Shown here: positions 39,501 through 48,116 of the stretch, piece by piece
Numbering within the stretch: the first letter of the stretch is position 1
How the letters are laid out: every line of letters starts with the position of its first letter
Assembly (NCBI GenBank): GCA_000708835.1
Contig: DF237590.1
Location: 1 to 48,116, forward strand
Length of the DNA stretch: 48,116 nt
Origin: Klebsormidium nitens
Lineage: Eukaryota; Plantae; Klebsormidiophyceae
Direction: 5' to 3'
Position numbers and translations under genes: made by a program
The notes under the pieces: generated by a model
What the model was told of the DNA's origin: nothing
Database searches by the model: none
What the model saw: the letters and a program-made list of their open reading frames with translations, nothing else

Positions 39501-40365
39501 CTTCCTCGCCGCCTGAGCCGGCAAATTTCGATGTCAGCTTCAGTTTCGCAGGGCAAGAACGCTTTCGAGTCCTTCAGCACGATCGGCCACATGACCCCTT
39601 ACTCGACCACATTCTCATCCCCGTTTTCTTGGGCCGCAACACCAGAACCTCGTTGCTCCTATACCGCAATTGCTGACGTCAGCTTCTGGACCGCAACATC
39701 CTGACGTCAGCTTCCCATCTGCAAGGCAAATGGGCGTTCGACTCCATCGAGCCCGGTGTGCTGATTGGCCCCCTACTCGACCGCGCTCTTCGATAATATT
39801 TCCCTTGGGTTTCCTTCTGGAAAATCAGAACCCAAGTTTCTATGCAACCCAAAGTGCTGACGTTAGCTTCTTTTTCATAAACCCCACAGTGCTGACGTCA
39901 GCTTCGGTTCTGTAGGGCAAGTACGCTTTCGACAGCATCAACACGGTGTACTACATGGCCCCCTACTCGACCGCGCTGCTCATCCTCCCTGCGCTCTTCT
40001 ACGAGGGAGCTGACGTCAGCGCCTGGGCGGCGGAGCAGGACAACATCGCACTGCCGCTGACGGTGATCCTGGTCGGGGGATCCCTTGCGTTCTGCCTCAA
40101 CTTCTCGCTCTTCTACGTCATCCAGGCCACGTCAGCGGTGACGTTCAACGTGGCGGGGAATCTCAAAGTGGCGCTCGCGATCATCATTTCGTGGATGATC
40201 TTCCGGAACCCGATGGGTTGGTTGAGTTGGGTGGGGTGTTTGGTGACGATTGTGGGCTGCACGTTCTACGGTTGGGTGCAGCAAAAGATCAAAGCCCAGA
40301 AGGCGCCGGCGGTCGCGGTCAGTGAGATGCAAGACAAGCAGCCGTTGATGGGCAGCAGTAAGTAA
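36556..40365 (+). CDS. UDP-GALT1: Nucleotide-sugar transporter, TPT/DMT family (UDP-galactose transporter 1 / GONST5-like), 5 exons
   Basis: Exons 36556 (alternative ATG 36646)-36816, 37260-37340, 38159-38330, 39047-39237, 39916-40365. All introns are GT-AG and phases join into one frame (384 or 354 aa). Hallmark peptides: LQWWFFNV..NKYIFQ, FKFPL, VSFMQTIKCFTPATT, ELSFNW, FDSINTVYYMAPY, AVTFNVAGNLKV, FRNP..GC.VT..GCTFYG. These match the Arabidopsis At1g77610/At1g21870 group as recalled. Confidence 0.93.
36897..36999 (+). repeat. Intronic degenerate copy of the exon 1 3' end and donor
   Basis: HQLLSLRHWWFSGSAVVKSNSFIFPARTP vs YQLMSVLQWWFFNVVVVISNKYIFQVRIP (source 36739-36842). Donor GT is changed to CA. 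Confidence 0.8.
38429..38502 (+). repeat. Intronic degenerate copy of the exon 3 3' end and donor
   Basis: ccggtctcc...ccatcaagtgcttcacgccg(t/g)cgacgacac followed by gtaagt (source about 38259-38336). Confidence 0.9.
38587..38968 (+). repeat. One exon 3 fragment and three degenerate copies of the exon 4 5' end
   Basis: gaatgtgttgctgcg (38587). gggccgc-agtt-gac copies at about 38625-38690, 38760-38822 and 38902-38968, vs exon 4 start ctgcag|tgatccttcagcgcgcggtgtggggccgcaagttcgacagcc. Confidence 0.8.
39357..39410 (+). repeat. Intronic degenerate copy of the exon 4 3' end
   Basis: tccaacatcatggc(a/g)gaagcgctgctc is shared with about 39208-39235. The donor gtaagc has become ggaagc. Confidence 0.9.
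39533..39790 (+). repeat. Two intronic degenerate copies of the intron 4 acceptor and exon 5 5' end
   Basis: 39533-39622 reads cgcag|GKNAFESFSTIGHMTPYST vs the real GKYAFDSINTVYYMAPYST. 39701-39790 contains ggccccctactcgaccgcgct, identical to exon 5. Confidence 0.9.
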
Positions 40366-41733
40366 GATGGAATGCAATGAATATGGTTTCAGCCATTTAC
40401 AGCAAAAGTGGTAATCAGCTGGGTCATCATGGGCCTGCGCGGCCGGTATGGCGCACATAGCTAAGCTAGATATACTGGCACGTAATGTGGATTGAGTCCG
40501 CGATTCCAGGTTTGATCAAGTTTGATCTTCGTCCTCGAAGAAGATTAGCCTGTTACTCAGACCTACAGATCGGACACCGAGACGAGCGTCCGGTCCTTGG
40601 CGAAGCACATCCGCATGATATACGGCCACCCGCCGCACTGTCTTATAATACTGCGTTCTTACTCTCGAACCTACACTGCGGCACACCTACTCTGTATCAT
40701 CAATTCATATCCGATCAAGTATGTGGCCGGCCTTATCTGGCCCGCAAAATATGTCAACTCATACAACCGCGGTGGGGATTAGTTGAAAGAGTGAAGTCCA
40801 ATAATGGGGCGATCAGCTAGTGCCACGAGCTAGACGTCAGTGTAAAGCCTCATCACTTGCATGCTCAAATTGAGTGTTTGCCTGCAGCCGTTGTGCTAAA
40901 AATGGCAAATTTCATGGGCTATTTGGCGGCGGCAGCCAGGTCCAACAATATGGTATGCTACTGAGCTAAAAGCATCCGATCATTGATTAGACACTTGAGC
41001 TTGGCCGCCGAAGTTATCGTACCCGGCGCATGGTAGCCACTGACCAGACTCTGTACCGTGGCCGTTTGCATGGTAAAGTCAATTCACCTCGCGGATGCCC
41101 TTTCATGTTTCTAGTTAGCTTTACTAGCATACTATAGGGCAGGGCGTACTAATCGCGTGCCAGGGCCGCGCTTCAGCTATAGTGGGCTCGAGATCATGCA
41201 TTGAAACCCTGGGCCGCGCGTGCATCGGTACAAGGGCGGCTGCTGCTCAGCGCCGGCGGCTTGCTAACTTTGCCACGACGGTCGACGGAACTCAATGCAC
41301 ACAGACATATGCAAAGAAGAGAGCCATGAGCGCTATCATATATGCGCAATAGTCTACAGCGCATGCCTTTCTTGGGTCAATGAATACCGCTCGCTCTGCC
41401 ACCCTAGCGGCCTCACACCAACGCAGTCCTGTAAGCCTGACCGTTGAACTCAGTTGATGAAACCTTCGCCTTTCAATTCGTTGACTCTCCACTATACCTA
41501 GCACAACTAGGGCAGGCTTCAGATCATGACCACGGCCACTGAATATTACAACTTCGCAATCTGGCCTTTTGTTGCAATAGCCTCCTCCTTTTACTTGAAA
41601 GCCTGAATCACATAGGCGCCGGACCGCTTGTCGTCAAATGAATAAGAAACTAGTCAATCTGATCAGGCCATGACTCAACGCAAAGCAACATTTCGAATCT
41701 TGTCCACTACACTAGAACAATCCGAGTGGGTTA

Positions 41734-44636
41734 TCACGTCACACCTGTTCTATTAAAAAGTTCCATGTACTCGTGAAATAGTGCAAGAGAATAGAATTCC
41801 CACATACCCCTTCCAAGATATAGATGACTTTGCCTAGCAGCGGCCTCCAACATTGCTAGGGTCTTTTCTTCGTGTTCCAACGCATACTGTACCTTCTCTA
41901 CCAGGTCCGAAAAGTCCGATTTTACCTCGTACAAGTGCTCACCATCACGAAAATACTTCGTGAAATACTCAGAGTGTGGTGTTTGGACCTGCACCCAAAC
42001 AGCGAGACTTGATGTGGATAGTAGTAAGTACCTAAACATTGAACTCCTATCTAGGTTTCTTCACCCTGATCTTGAGCGTCGACCACTAGCGCAGAAACAA
42101 GTTTCATCTTAGCCGTACGTTTCAAACGCAAAAAATGGTTTGTCTACTGAAAGGTCACCGGAAGGATACAAAAAGGCCACCAAATCTTCGGCTGAACACG
42201 AGCCGTGCTCGGCGAGTGGTAAAGGGTTTTGAAAGAGGAGTTGCACACATCTTCGGCTTAATCGTGCTAGCCTAATTCAAGTGCACCAGGCATCAAAATG
42301 CTGAAAACAGGCGGGTCACAACATCAAAAGCATAGCATCACGAAAAGCGGCCACATCTATCAACTAGGCTCAAAATCGTGATACAGCCGCTCGTTTCCCG
42401 CTAGCTAGTTGCTGAATTCCATCTCAGATTTCAACCACTTGTTGGCGCTCGAAGGCAGATGGATTAAATCTACACATAGCGTGGAATGTGGATCAATTCT
42501 TCAGCTTTCGAAAAGGAGCGCCTTTGGCGTTATCACGTGCTCAAGCCAACGATAAAGTGGGGATGAAGTCTCGTGTACAATCACCTTGAAGATCAGGAAA
42601 TTTTCCTTAGTCATCCAGCGGAGGCGGTTGCTGAAGGCGTTTCCATCGATATCCAGAATCATGCGGTAAGTCCGCAACTCCTCCCTCGACATGTGGACGT
42701 CTGTGGTGGGTATGAATTTCGCCATTTCGTCGTAGACATTCTCCTCGGGACATCCGGTGCATGCCTTGACGAGCTTCACGTCGAACTGCGTCGAAGAGAG
42801 AACAGTTTACGAGGCTTAGAAGCCGTGCCGCACCGCTTGAACGAAGCATACCGTTTTCCACGTAGGAAGCTTGGAGGGGCATCTGATCAGCACGTCAAAT
42901 GCCCTCAATTACATCTGCACTTTGGATCGAAGATCGTGTAGCCCTTTATTGACACGAACAAGTGCCCTTCCAGCTGAACGCATACACTACAACGGAAGTT
43001 CGAAAAGACAACACGCAAGCTCCTTCAAACAGAGACGCCGTTGCATCGATCTACGATCCGGAAGGTTGAACGCAATATCAGGCGTTGAACCAGACGTGTG
43101 GTGACTTGATAGGTTGCAAAAGAGGTTGTTCACGTTCTTCAATCAGCTGGAAAACCGGAGAGTGAGATTAGAAGTCAAGGTCAACAACTGTTCATTGAAG
43201 CCCCGCACAAACAGTTGTACAATCAACTTTCTTTTGCCTCTCGCTGTCGGAAGGAACTTATCTGACTTATCGTCCTCTATTGCAGAGCTTAAAAAACCGT
43301 TTGTTGACCCAGATTGGAAGCCAAACTTGCCAGGTCCTACTATATCATGCACAGGAACAACGATGCAGATACAACTGTGAAAAGAGGAATAAACTTTCAG
43401 TTTACTGATACTTTTGTGCAGGGATTGCAGCCACTAACTCTCAGCCCGAGAAACAATCAAGCGAGTCGACTCACATACTCGGGGTAATTGCTCGTGAAGT
43501 TGGCAAGCTTGACACGAGGAAAGTCCCGCCACGTTTCCAGCGTCGGATAGCCTCCGGTACACGTCCCTCTCCAAACAACCATGTTCTTGCGTTCCCTCCA
43601 AGGATGCCGCGCCCTCGCGGCCTTTGAACCAGTGAGATCAAATTGGTCACGGCAGAACCCAGGCAACCCAACATCTATTCTGTCAACATGCGTGTTTGAC
43701 GCGAAGATTGGGGCCTCAGGATCAGTGATACTCATAACCGGGTTGTCTGCGTAGTGGATCACAAAGTCCAAATGCTCGGGGAGGCCGTGCCGCTCGTTGA
43801 GGTACATGAGTTGATCTACCCAGACTTGTTCAAACGGGTGGCCCGCACTACTGAGAATCACGAGCGTGCCGTTTTGGACGGCAAAGCGAGTGCAGGCCGC
43901 GTGCGTCAACCGCTGCCGACACGTGACCAAAGCGTCCTCAACCTGGCAAAAAAAAGTCATCTTGAGGATATCGAATATAAAGACAACCGTTCGAGTTCTT
44001 CTGAGGCACTGATTCTCGCTGCGCAGTATATGATTTAGATGCACTTCACAAGGTAGCACCTTCCGTCAACCAGTCCAAGAAAGAACTATCCATGCGATCA
44101 ACAGATCAGAAGTCAGCTGACAAAAGCGGGAATGTCTGATCAGATTAGCTGCACTGCAGAGTTTGAGACATCGCCTGGTTAAGCTTGCGGATCACAGTGA
44201 TCTGAGCAAGTCCATTTTGACCATCACTGTTTTGAGTGGTCGCAACCCGGTCGCAATTGACAAATGCAACCACTCCATCACAAGGACTTGATTTGCCCAC
44301 CTGTTGCGTGCTGAAACCCCCACGCTTGCGCCACACTCCCAGTGCCTCTCTGGCGTCTCGGGCCAGGTTCCTGCTAGCTTCATCAAAGCCCGCCCATGCT
44401 ACACTCTGCTTGCACGGTGCGCTAGAATTACAAGGGAGAATGAACTTGGCCGGGTCACCAAAAGCAACGGAAAGCAGCTCCTGTGAGCTACTGAGGGCGC
44501 CAAATTTGCCAAATAGCGCAAGAAGGACCATCACAGCTCCCAACAACAGCAGGAGACTCTGATGACATCCCAGAGGATCACAAAAGGTTGATGCCCTTTT
44601 GTTCATCGACCACCACCGTGGACGTGCGACTGCCAT
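41734..44636 (-). CDS. Glycosyltransferase family 90 (CAP10 / POGLUT-like) type II membrane protein, 4 exons, about 419 aa
   Basis: Exons 44636-44301, 43942-43475, 42785-42585, 41988-41734, all phase 0 with GT-AG introns. N-terminal hydrophobic anchor LLLLLGAVMVLLALF. GT90 motifs: LPEHLDFVIHYADNP, PWRERKNMVVWRGTCTGG, YRMILDIDGNAFSNRL, FK|VQTPHSEYF, VKSDFSDLVEKVQYALEH. Confidence 0.9.
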
Positions 44637-44789
44637 TGTTGAGCTTCTGCAACGCGAATCTTGGACTTCAGCCTGTGACCTTCCTCTGCGAAATCATCAA
44701 TTGCAGGTAAAGTAGCGCCTTTGTTCTGGTCGGTCATATGACAGTCCCGGCCACTTTTGACCTCACAAGCTTTCATTTACCAAGATGCT

Positions 44790-45266
44790 ATAGGGAGAGA
44801 TGAATATTAAGTGCCAAAAGGAGCAGCCATCTTCTTCAGAGTCCCCGCTTTCTATGGAGATTGACAAAGACGAAGACTCCAGATTGCACTGCCAACATTT
44901 GCGAGCCCCTTCTTGAAGTGAGCTGAAGCTCTTCTTTTGCTCAGAAGAAGCATTCCAATGGGGCTTAATCATGAAAGCCGTGCTCAGCACAGTGTCCTCA
45001 CCGTTTAGTCAACGGAACCTGACGCTGTTCTTTCCGACAAAGACGCCCTTTGCAAGAAGTTGCAGGCGGAGCTGATAAAAGCACTGGCAGCAGTGCCAGC
45101 CTATGAAAACGTCAAGTGCGCTGACACTCACACACAACAGTTGCACGAGCCCCTTTTGCTGGAGGTGTACCAGGAAGTGTACTTGAACTTTTGGCACTTC
45201 AACTCTTTTGTTATTGTGTCGGTCATCGTAGAGGACTCGTACCGGCTAAACTGCGTACCTCACTAA
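44790..45266 (+). pseudogene. Possible degraded coding fragment, unknown family
   Basis: Protein-like stretches (SELKLFFCSEEAFQWGLIMKAVL; LCKKLQAELIKALAAVPAYENVKC...LLLEVYQEVYLNFW) lie in different frames and are broken by stops. No family recognised. Confidence 0.2.
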
Positions 45267-45419
45267 CCGTGTACCGATCAGATCCGGATCCAAGTCAGAT
45301 GTACTGACGCCGCAGTGACGGCTTCTCTTTCGCTACTTCAGCCGGCATATTCCTCTGCCTAGAAATTGGGTGTCGACTCTCAATGGTTTCAGGCTTTCGG
45401 CCAATTTTACAGCACAAAG

Positions 45420-45453
45420 GTGCATGCCGTACCTAGGTGCATGCCGTACCTAG
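45420..45453. repeat. Perfect 17-bp tandem repeat, two copies (gtgcatgccgtacctag)
   Basis: 45420-45436 is identical to 45437-45453. It abuts the MITE. Confidence 0.9.
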
Positions 45454-45456
45454 GTA

Positions 45457-45663
45457 CCGTACCGATTGTCCGGTTGGGCAAATATTGATTATTTTTGGAT
45501 TTGCCCACAATTTTGAATGTAGAATAAATTCGAATTTTGATTCTGCAGGTCATTTTGCCCCGTACGAAAACAGAATAAATTGGTAAATGGAAGCTGCCCA
45601 AATTGCGTGGCATACGAAATTAATTATTGGGCAAAAATCTGCCCAACCGGACAATCGGTACGG
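45457..45663. mobile_element. 207-bp Tc1/mariner (pogo/Tc2-like) MITE
   Basis: Perfect 24-bp TIR ccgtaccgattgtccggttgggca (45457-45480 / 45640-45663), TA on both sides (45455-45456, 45664-45665), AT-rich core with internal tgccca/tgggca repeats. Confidence 0.85.
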
Positions 45664-47225
45664 TACATGCCGTGTGCACAGTGTGGCATACCTACCTAGT
45701 ATACGGTCTACCATACTTTAGTAGCTAGGTACTGCAGTGATTGCGCGCTACATGGGATGTCGCGCACTCTGCTAACCACGGTACAAAGTACGGTGGCTAC
45801 AAGTGTTCAGTACCTATTAAAATAATGTTGCAAGCAATCTTGCAAGAACTGGCAATGCAGCGAATTGGCATTTCAACTGTTGCATGTCATGAGGGTGCAA
45901 CTCGAAGACGCCGACGTACTAATTGAACTAGCTTTACTAGTGACCATCTCTGCAGGCCGGTGCAGCAATCAGCCTCAACCACTGTACGTGCACAGTGCCA
46001 CAGATGCAAAAACCCTCTAGTAGATCCGCCCGGCCTCCTGCCGGCCTTACCCATGGCTTGAAGTCCGTACGTAATTTTCACTAGTCATGTACTTGCATTG
46101 TAGAGTATTGGTCAGCTGTCACCATGTATTCGACCGTCCCCTTCGCGCAAAACAACACCATATTAACAGGCGCTAAGGCTACCAAACTTGCAAAGTCTGG
46201 GGACGCTTGCACGCCAGGAATCAGTCACGATTGCTTATGTTCAACACAATTGAAAAGCTGATTTAAGGCATCTCTAACTCTCATCGACTCTAAGTTCAAT
46301 TCAGGTCCGGTCTCATGGGGATTGGAAGTTTAGGTTGGGAAGCTCCTAAGCTTTTATAACGGGCTCGGCTCTAAGCAGCCACTGAGAGGAGCACAAACAC
46401 GAATGATTGTCTCAAGGTAATCCGCATCACTGCATGCAGGCAAGACTCGTAGATGTGTGGCCGGAAGCTGGGCCCCGCTGAGTCGGACACTTATTCTCAA
46501 TCTGAACATCAGTGTTTGCTTGCAATCCAACTCGCCCCCAAGGGATGCCCGTTCAAAGCTAGTGCTTACAAAATTTAACTCAAGCCATGCCGTTTCAGTT
46601 CCAATGTCTAGCTTTGAATTAATACTCTTCCGGCTGCACGCCCCTACGTTCTAAGCTCTTTCCGGTCTGCAGGAGCATGCGAGGATCCAATCCTCACTCA
46701 AACCCTCTCCGTACCTTGGCATTTTAAGCCCGTGTACTCAGACCACGTCCATTCGCACAAACAAGACTAAGCGTAGCTACCACTGACTCTTCTGCGCGCA
46801 AGCCTGGCTGTTGCGTCTATTTACGCTCTGCTCTGTCCTTGACTTACTGAGGACTCGAACGGCTGATCCATTCTTTGACTCGAAAATCTTCTAAAAGCCT
46901 ACAATTTGATGGACGTACGTCATCAGTGCCAAGGTACCTTTCAGTACGCCCAGCCTCTGTCCAGGATGCAACGAAACAATGAAGGAATTCAAGTTCCTCA
47001 ATCAGCAAATCTACCAAAATCAACCCTTTCAGGAGGGCGTTGCTGCTACCCAAAGCTTACATGGCTACCGCGGCGCCCCTGAACCTGCAATACCCGCTTT
47101 GACGTCGCCGCAAAATCCTAGCATGCGCAAACCGCGGCGACCATAATAGCTGCATACCAGCCTGGCGGTCGCCGAGTTCTGACAATTCTGGTGCGAAAAG
47201 TTGACTGCTTTTAGAGGCTGCTGTC

Positions 47226-48031
47226 CTAGAGTCGAGTAGTGCACACGAAAGTGTTGCCCCTGCCAGAGGGACGGCACTCTGCGCTCGCGTCGCGCAGCTG
47301 AAAGCGCTCCTCCATCAATCGGCGGCGGACGCTGAGAGTTCGAAAGGTCGCTTCTAGATTATCCAAGTCCGCTGGCACCTGCAACAGTCACGAGCGCGTC
47401 CTTTACCACGAAGTGAAAGCCCGCTAATCGGTCAAGTACTTTCGACGCCGCCTTGAATCAGAAACATCCGGTGATGACATTCGGTCGAGCCTGACGTTGA
47501 GAACAACCTGGAAACTGGGTTCTTGTGCAGCGAGCAGATCCCTGAACTTGTCCATGATGCCAGGCGGACAGAAGAAGTACAAATTATCGGACGGGACGAC
47601 CAGTAACACAGCGGGTTCATCCAGACTTGGAGGCCGAAAGATGAGCGGCTCAGATTGCGTCACGTATTCTATTTTTATTGGAAAGAAGAGCTCAGAAAGT
47701 GTTCTGCGAAGGACGACAGTCCCCGGGCCACTTTTCAGAATAGATCACTCAAGTCTAAAGCGGACTGCTGCGCCATCGCAGATTGCTCGATTTACGCGAA
47801 ACAAATCTGTCAAGATGCACAATTTTGTTTCCGTTTCTGGAGCAGATTGTGGGCGGAAGCGCAAAAGCCCACCTCGCCAAATCGGTTGAACGCGCAGTCA
47901 GCTGACGTCAAGCCGGACGTGGCGTAGTCGTCGTCAGAGCCCTCAACATACTCGCGGTGACGTAAAGCTTCGAGCGTGCCCATCGCCAGCCGCTCCTCCA
48001 CCGCGTGAGGGGCGTACATCTGACCCAAAAA
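47226..48031 (-). CDS. 3' exons of a hypothetical protein; gene probably continues beyond the window end
   Basis: Exon-like blocks with strong acceptors: 48031-about 47873 (FLGQMYAPHAVEERLAMGTLEALRHREY...), about 47708-47508 (TLSELFFPIKIEYVTQSEPLIF...PSFQ) and 47378-47226 (VPADLDNLEATFRTL...TRL*). The phase of the first junction is unresolved and no family was recognised. Confidence 0.4.
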
Positions 48032-48116
48032 CTGCGCGAAAACGCAAGGAGATGTTGCGGTTAGAAGACTTGGTTATGTTTGTTTAAGCTTTCTTCCACC
48101 CGCATCGGATAAAGTG

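Noticed and set aside
40485-40820. ORFs between the two convergent genes
   Set aside because: Short, with no motif and no splice context. Probably UTR or decayed repeat.
1-48116. rRNA, tRNA, CRISPR array or prokaryotic operon
   Set aside because: No such structures were seen. The recognisable genes contain spliceosomal introns.

Overview
Eukaryotic nuclear DNA. The plant-type transporter gene, GT-AG introns with cgcag/tgcag acceptors and mixed GC content suggest a green alga or early streptophyte such as Klebsormidium; that assignment is inference. (1) About 0.45-35.2 kb has no intact long ORF. It is a co-oriented (+ strand) array of decayed leucine-rich-repeat (RNI-like, possibly F-box/LRR) gene copies. 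They are marked by a recurring LxxLxLxxG-[NSD]-[DE]-xxx-h-G motif, large paralogous blocks, in-frame stops and frameshifts. Two or three MITE-like insertions interrupt the array and a possible LTR end precedes it. (2) 36.6-44.6 kb holds two convincing spliced genes, tail-to-tail: a 5-exon TPT-family nucleotide-sugar (UDP-galactose-type) transporter (+) and a 4-exon GT90/CAP10-domain glycosyltransferase (-). The transporter introns contain degenerate copies of the neighbouring exon ends, most with the splice dinucleotide destroyed. (3) 44.7-48.1 kb holds a TA-flanked Tc1/mariner-type MITE and the 3' exons of a probable hypothetical gene (-). No rRNA, tRNA or CRISPR array was recognised. All alignments were done by eye.
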